A DNA stretch of 64,000 nt from Macrostomum lignano (taxonomy: Eukaryota): positions 86,061 to 150,060 of the forward strand of contig NIVC01002679.1 of assembly GCA_002269645.1 (NCBI GenBank), in the 5' to 3' direction. Each line of letters opens with the position of its first letter. The stretch's first letter is position 1. Shown in pieces: positions 24,963-36,099 of the stretch. The notes beneath the pieces were generated by a model, which searched no databases, was not told the DNA's origin, and worked only from the letters and a program-made list of their open reading frames with translations. The position numbers and the translations under genes are program-made.

Positions 24963-27900
24963 ATGACTAAGCTCCACGCTGCCAAAGGAGCGACATTCTG
25001 TCTGCAAATAAATTTACAGCATTGCGTATCTGCGTCAGTAAATCTGATGAAGATTGCTGAGCTGTACAGGCCAGGCCTCATCCTGATCCAGGAACCCTGG
25101 ATGCGCAACGGTAAGTTGCCCAACATTCCCTCTGGCTACTCTGATTTTTATGTGTGTGGCCCGGGGAACAGCCGCCCTAGAGCGGCTATCCTCGCTGCTA
25201 GCCATCTCCAGGCTTGGCTGAGGACTGATCTCTCTGATGGAGACCTTTGCGTCATCCAATCTAATCATTTCTCTCCGCGTACGTGTCTTGTTGCCTCGGT
25301 TTATATCCCAGGCGACAGAGACCCTGCTCCCGAGAGTTTACTGCGCCTTGCGCAGTACTGCGAGTCCCAGAACGCTGAGCTGTGCTTAGGGGGCGACCTC
25401 AACGCGCACCACAAGCACTGGGGCAGCAAAGATACCAACACTAGAGGAGAGGAGCTTCTGGCCCTCATCTCTAACACAAACCTCATGCTCTGCAACCGCG
25501 GCAGCACTCCTACCTTTAATAATGGCAGATGGACCGAGGTCCTCGACGCCACACTCGTTACCCCAAGACTCTTTGACAGAGTCAAGGAGTGGAGAGTCTG
25601 GTCTGAGGAGCCCTCCCTGTCTGACCACTGCTTTATCGCCTTTAATATCGCGGACACTAAAACCCAGTCTCCGATCACTTGGAGACGCAATATCCGCAAC
25701 ACTGATTGGGCGGCCTACAAGGCTGCCCTTGATCTGCACCTGCAGGAACTCACGGACTTACGTCCGATTGAGACCTGCGAGGATGTGGATCATATGGCTG
25801 AGACGCTGACAGGTTGCATTATTGCAGCCTACGAAGCGGCTTGTCCTGCTCGCGCCTACAGAGGCAAGACCTCGGCGCCGTGGTGGAACCCGGAGCTGGG
25901 GAAACTCAGGCGGAAGGCCAAAAGCCTTCATCGCCGTGCCATGAAGACCGGAAACCCGGAGGACATGGAGCTTTTCCGGCAAGCCTCCCGCAATTTCAAA
26001 TCTGAAGTGCGCAAGGCCAAGGAATGTAAGTGGCGCCAATTCTGCAATGAATTGGATCAAGACAGACCTACTTCTAGGCTTGTCAAGGCCCTTACAATGG
26101 ACAAAATGTCCAAATTAGCCATGATAAAAAAGATGATGGCTCTCTTACTAAAGACCCTGAAGAAGTGCTTCAGCATATGCTTAGCACATTCTTCCCGAGG
26201 GTACCTACTGCTAGACCGGAGCCCAACCATTCGATGGATGGAGCCACCCTAGCGGCGGGCATTGTCACTGAAGACCTAATCGCTCGTGCGGTCAGAACCT
26301 TCAAACCCTTCAAATCTCCTGGACCTGATGGTATCTACCCTGTTCTCCTTCGTGAAGCAGCCAAGATACCCTCGTTCCTGAGACTCACCCGCAATCTTAT
26401 GCGGGCCTCTATCCAGCTGGGATACGTTCCCAAAAGCTGGACTGAAGCTCGAGTAGTCTTTATTCCCAAACCTGGGAAGGGTGACTACCAAAGCGTCAAG
26501 GCCTTCCGGCCAATTAGCTTAACGTCAGCAATGCTTAAGCTCACTGAGAGGCTTATTCTCTGGCGGCTGCTCTCCTGCGAGCTGACAGCGATGCCCCTCA
26601 GCAATAATCAGCACGCCTTCCGTACCGGGAGGTCGACTGACAGCGCCCTGCATGCGATTGTCGAAAAGATTGAACGGGCGGTACTGGGTGACGGTTACGC
26701 CCTGGCTCTCTTTCTTGACATTGTTGGCGCCTTCGACAACGTTATCTTTGAAGCGTTTCAGAGGGCCCTTCAAAATCGCAAAGCTCATGCTACCCTCATA
26801 CGGTGGATCATGTACATGATCTCCAACCGTACGGTCACTGCCCAACTTCTTGGGCAAACTGCCTCCACCAGAGTCTGTAAGGGTGGACCCCAAGGCGGAG
26901 TCCTCACCCCGACGCTCTGGAACCTGGTCATGGACGCTCTTCTGAGTGACTCCCGACCTGACCCCGTCTTCAAAGTCGGGTATGCTGATGACGTCACGGC
27001 CATTGTGGCAGGACCGTCTCCCAGCACGCTCAGGGATCTGATGCAGAGCTTTATCCGCAAAGCAGAATCCTGGGCCAATGACAATGGTTTGGAACTCTCT
27101 GAGCCCAAAACCGTTGCCATTATGTTTACCAGCAGACTACGCTGGAACATACGTCCTCTGCAGCTCTACGGCAGAGATATTGCCTTCGCGCACCAGACCA
27201 GATGTCTCGGGGTCACACTTGACCACCGGCTCAACTGGTCCTTCCACGTGAAAGCAAAAGCTAAGCGTGCCTCAGCCATCCTGGCCCAGCTCCGACGAGC
27301 ACTTGGCACTTCTTGGGGTCTATCCCCAAAGCGGCTTTGGTGGATCTATACTTCCGTAGTTAGACCTGCCATTACGTACGCCTCTGTTGTCTGGGTTAGC
27401 GCTACCCAGGTCAAAAGCCATGCAGACCTGCTCAACACGATCCAAGGCAGAGCGTGTAGGCTCATCTGCAACGCCACCAGGTCCACGCCCTTTGCTGGCA
27501 TGGGGGCCTTTCTTAATCTTCCGCCTCTTGACCTCTTCATCAGGGGTGAGGCGGCTAGAACGACGCGGCGTCTAATTGATGCCGGCGTCAAATTCATTTA
27601 CATGAGAGCACCTGCTAAGCGGAACCTTGTCCCGCATAGCGATCTGTGCCTCAACTTTCTCAACGAGTGTCAGGCCAATCGCGTCTTCACCGATGGCATT
27701 GCCTCAACGCTCAACCTGAGACAGCGCTACTCCGTAGCTATCGACTCGCGCGATAACATCAATGACCATTGGAACCCTGGTGAGCTTCATTGCTACACCG
27801 ACGGTTCTAAGCAGTCAGCCAACACCGGCTTTGGTGTTGGAATCTTTCTGAACGGGAGGGTCATCGCTACCCACGCTCAATACACTGGGGTCAACTCCAG

Positions 27901-28701
27901 TGTTTTCCAAAATGAAGTTCTGGCCATCAGCTCCTGCACTGCAGAGCTTCTCGCCACTGGCGTTACTGGTAAGAACATCATTTTCCATTCGGACAGCCAA
28001 GCTGCCTTGCACGCCATCAGTGGCTGCAGCACCAACTCTGCTACAGTCCTTGACTGTATCAAACTCCTCAATGTGTTGGGTTCCGCCAACAAAATTACCC
28101 TTAAGTGGGTTCCGGGGCATGTGGGGATCCGAGGAAATGAGTTGGCTGACACCCTTGCAAAAGTTGGTGCCTCCGGCTCCTCTCTCGGCCCCGAACCTCT
28201 TGTCCCGATCCTGGCTGTGTCATCGACTCGCGCATCAAAGCGTGGATCAGGACTCAGCACCGCTCGACTTGGGCGAACCGCACGAACTGCAGGCAATCCA
28301 GAGGCGCTGTCCCTCAGCCCTCTCACCAGCTCCGGAAGCTCCTCTTGCGCCTCTCGCGCAGAGACATCCGGGCTGCCACCATGACCCTCTCTGGTCACGG
28401 CTGCTTCTCCAGGCACCAGTACCTGCAGGGCAACGCCACCAACGCCACCTGTAGTTTCTGCAACTCAGGTGACGAAACCGCTGAGCATTTCGTCAGCATC
28501 TGTCCCGCCTTCACGCGGGCCAGACTCACTTACCTCGGGCCACACACATCTATTACTGAAGCGTGCAAACCCGAAAACTTTAATCAGCTCATGCGCTACC
28601 TTCGGGCCACCCGCAGGGCTGAACTCTCCTTTCCAGAGAGCACCATAGCTGCTGGCGACACTGGGGGACCTCCCTGGGCGGCGCCAACCCTCCGTCCATA
28701 G
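24963..28701 (+). CDS. Retrotransposon ORF2: APE endonuclease - RT - RNase H - CCHC finger (two 1-nt frame breaks)
   Basis: APE motifs QINLQH, IQEPW, GGDLNAHH, SDH; RT motifs GGPQGGVLTP, GYADD; RNase H motifs YTDGSK, SDSQAAL, WVPGHVGIRGNELAD; CSFC-x8-H-x4-C. Adding one A at 26126-31 and one C at 28210-11 gives a single 1246-aa frame. Confidence 0.95.
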
Positions 28702-29575
28702 CGACGCGTCGGCCGTTCAGGGACTAGCGGAATGGGCGCCCGCGCCTTCCCGCTGTGTCCCCTCCGGGACAGCCCTGCAGCTAAGTCAAGTAAGTCAAGT
28801 GCCTACTATTAATTTTCATAGATAAAAAATGCTTCTATTCATTTTTTCTATCCATCCAATATATCGCGTTCGGTTCCGGGCGTCCAAAAAAATCAGAGTG
28901 TCAAAAATTTTGTGTTGTTTCATATATTTCTTAACCGCTATGTAGCAAGTTGTCAACAGCTAGCAAGAATTCTCCTGGATAAATACGCCGAATTTGGGGG
29001 AACATCAATCAAATCATGTCGGCATAAAACAAAAACGACCCATTTACCGTAAGAGTTGAATAAGAATAGAAAAAACTTTTTGATAACATTAACTACTTGC
29101 AGTAGTGATGCTCGAGGAAGTACGTTTCGCTTTGGCTTTTGAACAAATGAAGAAACTTCCGGACCTATTAAAAGCGCAAGCCATCAAAAACTGGAAACTT
29201 GTCATAATTTCAAAGGGATTTGAGAGCAAGCTAGGTAAGACATTAGGATCCGATTGATGCCATGGATACGAGTTAGAAGAATATAGCATTTTGGGTCGGC
29301 TCATTGGCCAAATCAATATTGGATGTAATTAATTAGCACAATGCTTTCATAAGGCAGAAAGTCTAGCGATTGAGGTCTATTCCAGTAAATTTAGTAGGGC
29401 AAAACTTAGAAATGTGGTGTCCAAGGAGAGAATTTCAAACTCAGTACAAGTAAATAGCACGAGCGTATAGAGAACACTAATTATTGCTGTCACAAACTTA
29501 GGCATTAGGTTTTTCGGTGCTATGTACTATTAATCCCAATTCGCAAAAGTATATTCATAAAGTTATCACAATCAG

Positions 29576-31323
29576 TTAAGGCTTGTTCAGATCCTTGCAA
29601 AAACGGTTGCACTGGTGCGTGCCAAAGAACTCTTTGATGCCGTCCGCACCAAGGTTCGTTGGATGGTACCGTGTGACGTCCTTGCAGTGGATTGCCGGGT
29701 CAGTCATCCAGATCTGCGGCTTCGAGTTTCCGGACGACTTTCGGATGCAGCCCTGAAGTAGGATATGTGATGGTTTTGCTATACAGCAAATGCTGAAAAG
29801 TGTTATGAACAGATCAGTGCATGGTATAAAAAGAGAACAACCTGAAGGTCCACAACGATCAGAAAGCCTTTAGTTGCGTTCCAAGTCCAGTGCGAGAATG
29901 CCGTGATGTAATCCAATACCTCGGGCTCAATTCCATACTTCTTCATCTCGTCAGCGCGCCTCTCCACAGTGTAGTTTAGGTTGTTTGTAAACTTCACAAA
30001 CAGAGCGTCCTTCCCCATGAACTCTTCGCACGTCATTGTTCTGCTGGATGGTTGGCTGAGAACAAGCGTCTTTGTTGTAATGAACTTGATCTCGATACCG
30101 CTGGGCGTTGACTTACTGAACTCGGTGGCAAGAAAGGCTGCGATTGTTTGCACCTCGCATGACGAATTGCATCTGTCCAGGATTTTATCGTGCTTATTCA
30201 TACTTTTTGGCTCTTTTAGTACCATTTGCTGGTCGGAAGATGGACTGTCGCCAGAATAGTGCTCCCCAAAATCTGCCAACAGTGCATAAAACGCAAGCCT
30301 TTCTGCACCCTGGGCAAAAGGACTTTCGGATATCCTGACTTTTACGGAGCTGCCGTGCTCCTGTTTAATAGCTTTGTCGTCAATGATACAAGCAATTGAA
30401 GATGGAACAACAAACTCCAAAAAGTGGCCTACATTCACAGGCCTTTTTGACCAGTCTGGAATCTCCGGTTTCAACGCAACTTCAGGCAGATTTTTGGGGC
30501 AAGCGACCAACTTGGAATTTTCTACGTTTCGTTCGACTGAAGTGGCGATCGATTGAATAACCGATCCAGCTATCTGCTCAATTCCTGCCACTTCAAAGTG
30601 CTCAATTGTTCTACCGTAGGCGATGGCAAACTTGATCAGCATTTGCGCTGTTGACTTGTTGATCTCTCCAAAGTAATAGTCGATTTTCAGTTTTTTTATT
30701 TTATCGAACAGATAATGCTCCGTGCGACCCTTTGGGTCCCCGTTCGGGTGGCTGTCACCGAGCTCGCTTGTATGATATTCATTTCCGTGGCACGGAGCGT
30801 CGCAGATGTGAAAAATGATCCGCGTGCCTGCGGTTTCTGACCAGTTGAGTTTCGTGGTGGCCTCCAACCCCCCGAACACGTCTTCCGGTGCGTCACCTCC
30901 GCCTGTAGCAGCAATTTTTTCCAGAAAGCTGACGCACTGTTGGCTGTTTTCGCTGAAGTCGAATACTTCAAGCGGAACAGAATCGGTCAAGTCTCGGTAG
31001 GCTACAACGGCAAACCGGATCTTCTCAACAGTCGCCTGATTTTGCTGGCTGCGAACTAGAGTGTTCACTATCTTCTTTATGCTGTCCTTTGTTCCAGCAA
31101 TGTGCCCAGCCATACTGCCAGTGGCGTCGAGTAGAAAGCACATGTCGACACTCCTCGATTGCTTTATTTGGCTCATGGTCTTTTTAATATTGTCCTGCGT
31201 GATGGCCAGCGCCAGCTTGAAGCGTCTGACTTGCTCTTCTTCATCTGTGGGGTCAAGACCAAACTCCACCCCTCCGTTCTCGCAAATGTTGCGCAGTCTC
31301 TTGTTTAGCCGACTTAGGTCCAT
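29576..31323 (-). CDS. vWA-domain alpha-kinase (eEF2K/MHCK-type), catalytically intact, 552 aa
   Basis: Exons 31323-29842 and 29752-29576, 89-bp GT-AG intron. vWA motifs FLLDATGSM, FAVVAYRD, GGGDAPEDV; kinase motifs PFAQGAER, VLKEPK, CEEF, KFTNN, FSHWT, VVDLQ|G, TDPAIH, NLGADG, HQCNRFC. Confidence 0.93.
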
Positions 31324-32781
31324 ATTTTTACTTTTTGGAATTAGTTTCCAAAAGCTTGGGGCAAAAAGTCGTGTCCTTTGTCTGCTTTGTGAGTTAAAAC
31401 TAATGCGATATGAAATTTAAAGGATATACGCTCGTAATAACGGACAGGCCATGCTAAGATTTGGATTAAAATTATTTGACTGTACGCTTTGACTTTTTGC
31501 TTTAACTGTACTTTCTGACTGTACGTTTTGTTCTAGGAAGAGTAGGATTTGACTTTATGAGATGAAGAGCGAAAGAGAGGGACCGCACTTTCGTCCCCTT
31601 AGCAATTGTACAATCAAGGTAATGAGACTCTGAAGCCGTCCATTAGGATACAGAGACAGGAATTTAGCAACGCAGAACTTTGCAAAGAATTTCTAGGAAA
31701 TAGATGAGTCAATTGCTAGAATTTCTTGGAAATAGATGAATCAATTGCTAGACTTTCTTGGAAAAAGCTGCTGTACGAGCTGTTGTACGCCATTGTGGGA
31801 CTTGTGTGCGTTTCGTCCATTCATAGGAAATGACCAATCGCACATAGAAGGCAAATAATTTTTATAAAATGCGGGAGAAGCGAACTGGAAAGTCCAGTAT
31901 CTTTGAATTGCACAGCATTGCACACGAAACCAAATTTTAACTACGCCAAAAGATTCAAGACGTTTTCCAGGAAAGACGAACCAGTACTAATCGAGTACTT
32001 TCGCGACTAGTTTTCCAAAACTGTTATTGACGGTGTTTGGGCTACATAAATTTATTTGTTTGGGACCATCAAGACTCGGGATAAAACCAGGTATGTCAGT
32101 ATGTGACTGTAATATTGACGAGTTCAATTCATAAACTGTACAGCTATAAATCATATAAAAGTGCATATGTAGCTGCATGCTGTATAGCTATAAGTTTCAT
32201 GGGCGCATTCAGACGATTCTGGATCGGGATCCAGTTAGGGGCCAACTAAATACTGGAATCGGGACAAGCTGATGGGAAGTTGCTGAGATGTCAAGGCTCA
32301 TGGAGGCTATTGCTGAAATGCTGTGGCTCATGAGTTGCGTCAGATGCTTTGAGCCAAAGCTCATAGGGGATGCTGATATCTTAGGCTAGATAGCTGGCTT
32401 TCACTTTCAGGGCTGATGCTTTTTTGGTTTAAAGATCATTTTTCTTAAGAAACTAACAATAGTGATTGTACAAGGTCATATCCTACGAGCTACATGTAGC
32501 TTATTTAATTTTTGTTTCTTCTCAAACGGGCGACGCAGATTGCTAGTACCTTGATAAAGTTCGACCATAGACAAAATTTCCTAAACCACACGCACTATAT
32601 TGATAATTGCATGCATGCTTCGGACAGAGAAGTCTATAGGCCTAATAAATATAGCATTTCCGGTCGGACATTCATTCCCAGGTCTCTATGGATGCGTCCC
32701 TGCTAACTTTCTCTTTTAGTTTTGATTAACACCAATGCATAAAGACACGGTGGCCATGTCCAGCATAACAAGATGTACTAT

Positions 32782-33110
32782 ACTTTGACTTAGCTGCAAG
32801 GGGCTCAGGGTACAGCGGGGAGGCGTTGACGAACATTCTGCTAACCACTCGCGACCCCTGGCCGCAGCGTCGTACAAGGAGATCCGGTGGGTGCCGGCGT
32901 CCGCAGTGCGGTCCACCTCCACGCTCGCCCGTTAGCCCTTAGGTAGAAATTATCAAGCCTGAAAACGTTGTTGGAAACGTCCGGGTTGGGGCCGAGGTAG
33001 GTGAGCCTGTCCTGAATAAAGGCAGGGCATTCACAGTTGAAGTTACTTTGACTTCATCCCAGCACCTGGGAGGCAGAAGATGTGCTTTAGCTCGTAAGAC
33101 ATAAATCAAA
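32782..33110 (-). mobile_element. 5'-truncated, decayed 3' fragment of a LINE related to the 22901-28798 element
   Basis: Minus frame CECPAFIQDRLTYLGPNP...FYLRANGRA parallels SICPAFTRARLTYLGPH...RYLRATRRA. Its 3' end CCCGCTGT...TGCAGCTAAGTCAA matches the full element's terminus. Confidence 0.8.
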
Positions 33111-33352
33111 GAGACACGCATAGCTAAATGGGTAAGGGTCTTGGGTGAGGGAAGGAACTGGATTTTTTAACTGAAACCTTTTGAGTATAGATTTTAAAAA
33201 TAATTTCCCTCAATTTCATTGACTCCACTTTACTCATGGTTTATATAGTACATTAAAAATAGCCTCCTCTTTGCTGATAACCAAGCAATTATGCTCGTAA
33301 TATCAACTCATTACTTCAGCATTCATCCTCATTGCAGACTTCATCGTATGCT

Positions 33353-35174
33353 ATGTTGTCCATTAATGAACGAATTCGGTGGATCTTCGAGCAGAGCGAG
33401 CTGGGATACGGAAGGCCCACCGAGAATGAGGAGGAGCTCGTCCGCCGCTTCCAAATTGCAATTCAACTGCGAAATCAGAAAGTTCAGCAGCTTTTAAAAG
33501 AAGAAGAGCGAAAGGCGAAAGTTCTGACTGATTTCAGGCATCGCAACTCAATTCGAAAAGCTATCCTTGCATTGTCGCGGAAAACCAAACACTCTGAGCA
33601 AAAAATTTCTACTGCCGTGTTAGTGGCGGCTGTATTTTATAGGAAACAGGGCTATCAAGTGATCACCTGTACATCTGACATTCAAGACATTCTGGACCTA
33701 GTAGACAGTCCAAGAAGTACTCTTATGCGTGGATGTTCATCGGTTTCTTTAGTGGACGAGTTCGAGGGGATGAACTTTTCCGAATGGGTTTGTCAAGAGA
33801 TGCACGAAGCGATTTCTAGCTTGAAAGCTGTCGTTCACTTCACGGACAAGTCACAGAATTTCAATCCAGCATCAAAAGCAATTGAGGACAGTGCGTCAAT
33901 AGTTGGTGACAGCTTCCGTCAGAAGAATCTGAGTTACTACTGGGTCCCTATCAGTAGGGATGAAAAAGTTTTAACTGTACTCAAGAAACACTTCGTCGGC
34001 ATGGAAGCCATTGAATTGAGGAGCAGTGACGCCCTAGTAGAAAAAATTCTTCAAGATGCGTACAGGCGGTTCCGCAATGCCCAAGTTGAAATCTGCGGTA
34101 TTCCAAATTTCACCGTAGCGACTGCGACCCCCGATTTGGGCGCTCCGGATTGGAAGGATGCGGCTGCAGAAGACTTTCAGTACCATGCTATTGGCGTGCC
34201 GGCTTCAATACAGAGCATCGTTGACGGTTCCGAACTCAGCCGAACCGTCTTCAGCGTGCAAGTGAAGAAATCTGCCCGTCCCTTCGCGCTACAAGGACTG
34301 GTTGCGGAGTACTTTGCGCTACTCAAAGAGGGAGAAGCGGCATGGCACAAAGCAACTGTGCGAGAGTTCCTTGTATCCGACTTAAAAAATACGTTCAAGC
34401 AGCCTTTCGTTCTTCTCAATACTTGCGAGATTCTTCAGGTAGCGACGTTTTTATTTCAGGAGTTCAACAGGTTGAATAAAATCGTACGAGTCGTCAAGCC
34501 CTTCACGACTGCCGTCATCATTCCAAGGACGCGACGTGCAGGACTCGATCCAGCACTGCTATGCCCATTTCGATTTGAGAAGAAGCTCGCGGGAGCCAAT
34601 CAATTTGAAATAATTGACGACGACTGGAATCCAGGTGAAGTGACGTCAGCTAACCCAGTTGAATCTGATTGCAGAGGTGCCGCTGGTACTGGAAACTCGT
34701 CCTCTAAGCAAGCGTCCTCAGGCAACCCTGAAAAGCACTGTTTCTCCGCTTCTCAACGATTCAAGCTAGTAGATCCAAACATGCCCGTTCTTGACTGTTT
34801 TGCGCACTGGACACATGCTATCACTGGCGGCTATTTGCTAGTGGAAGGTCTTGAGGTCTGTTAACACGCAAACACGCGTCAATTTTTAAGATTCAATAGC
34901 ATATGTACGAGCTACAAGCGTACTTTTACTTTATATTCCGAAGCATAGCCTGAAAAACACCTGACTTTTGTAGATATTCACGCGCTGCTCCAAGACGTTG
35001 TCGGACGAAGCAAGCGAGGCCCTGATAAAAAGCGCGAAGATTCACTGCTCAGACGTCACTCGCTTTTTGCCTTGGAACTTAGGCAAATCCGGCATCCGGA
35101 GATACCTTCAGAAGCACGAGTGCAACGACTTGTGCAAGAAGATGGGACTGCGAAGGGTGTTTATGAGCATGTAA
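33353..35174 (+). CDS. vWA-alpha-pseudokinase, paralog of the 29576-31323 gene, 567 aa
   Basis: Exons 33353-34855 and 34974-35174, 118-bp GT-AG intron at the same position and phase. Colinear similarity (PDW, VPxSI, PFA, CEILQVATFL, FAHWT, IHCSDVTR, NLGKSG, HECNDLC). Catalytic residues are replaced, but there are no stops or frameshifts. Confidence 0.85.
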
Positions 35175-35929
35175 ACCGTTTATGAATGGCTTTTGAGCGA
35201 CTTCCTGTTTTTTGTAATGCAGATTGATTTAGACACCACTAATAATAGCAGTAGCAATTTTCGTAGAATCATAAAATATCCCTTATCCAAAGTTGATGGC
35301 TTTATTAACGAAACAAATCGGTTGCCGGTTATTACTTTACTTTATTTAGTAGCTTAGGTAGTGTTTGCTTGCACGGGAGTCTCTGAAAAAGCGGAGTTTT
35401 GGTTTTGGTTTCATTTTTGCATGGTTCGGTTCTAAACCACTCCAAAGTTAGAAACTAAAGTCCTAGCGTATGCAAACTAGATGTCGCGATTTTCCATTAA
35501 TTATTTTCAATTCTAGCGCTAGAGAGAACCGGATGCCGCGTAAATAATTTTGTTTGATTGACGCACTCGCACTTCTTGTTAAACTTTTATATACTTTCTT
35601 CTATCTTTTATTCTAGCAAACAAGGTTTTGGAAACATTTTTTGAAACCTTAGAACCTTGATTTAGAAAAAAAACCTGCTCGCAAAAAAAATCTGTTCGTA
35701 AATTCCAGTTTTTAAAGTTACTTTGGAAGAATATGTTACTCTACGAACAGACATCAAATTTTATACCCCTACTAGAAGGAGGAGGATCGGGTGTTGTGTC
35801 TTCCGTTGAGTATATACTCATATAAATTGATTTCACTAAAATATTTTTATCCAATCTTTGCTTCAATCTTCAATAAATGGAAACTACTTTATTCACAATG
35901 AGCTGTGCTTAAGAGATGTTTATATGGTT

Positions 35930-36081
35930 TGGCATCCCGTGTTTTAAGTGATCCAACTGCCGCTAAGAGGTTCCAAGAGGTATCCGAGGCCTATGAGGTC
36001 TTGTCTGACGAGTCCAATCGTAAACAGTACGAGTCCCTGCACGCAAACTTATTCAGTAACAGTAAAAAGGATTTATATTAA
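35930..36081 (+). pseudogene. DnaJ J-domain fragment
   Basis: WHP followed by a disrupted stretch, then DPTAAKRFQEVSEAYEVLSDESNRKQYE (J-domain helices III-IV) and a stop at 36079-81. No upstream helices found. Confidence 0.65.
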
Positions 36082-36099
36082 AGTACATTTTTGTCAGCG

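Larger units (their letters stand above)
22901..28798 (+). mobile_element. Full-length non-LTR retrotransposon with RNase H (Loa/R1-group-like)
   Basis: 12-bp TSD GTGCCTACTATT at 22889-22900 and 28799-28810; 3' tail (TAAGTCAAG)2; ORF1 plus APE-RT-RNase H-CCHC ORF2. Clade assignment is inferred from domain order. Confidence 0.95.

Noticed and set aside
26126-26132. Programmed -1 frameshift between APE and RT (A_AAA_AAG)
   Set aside because: Not a known feature of LINE ORF2. The other breaks are also homopolymer deficits, so sequencing error is more parsimonious; kept only as an alternative.
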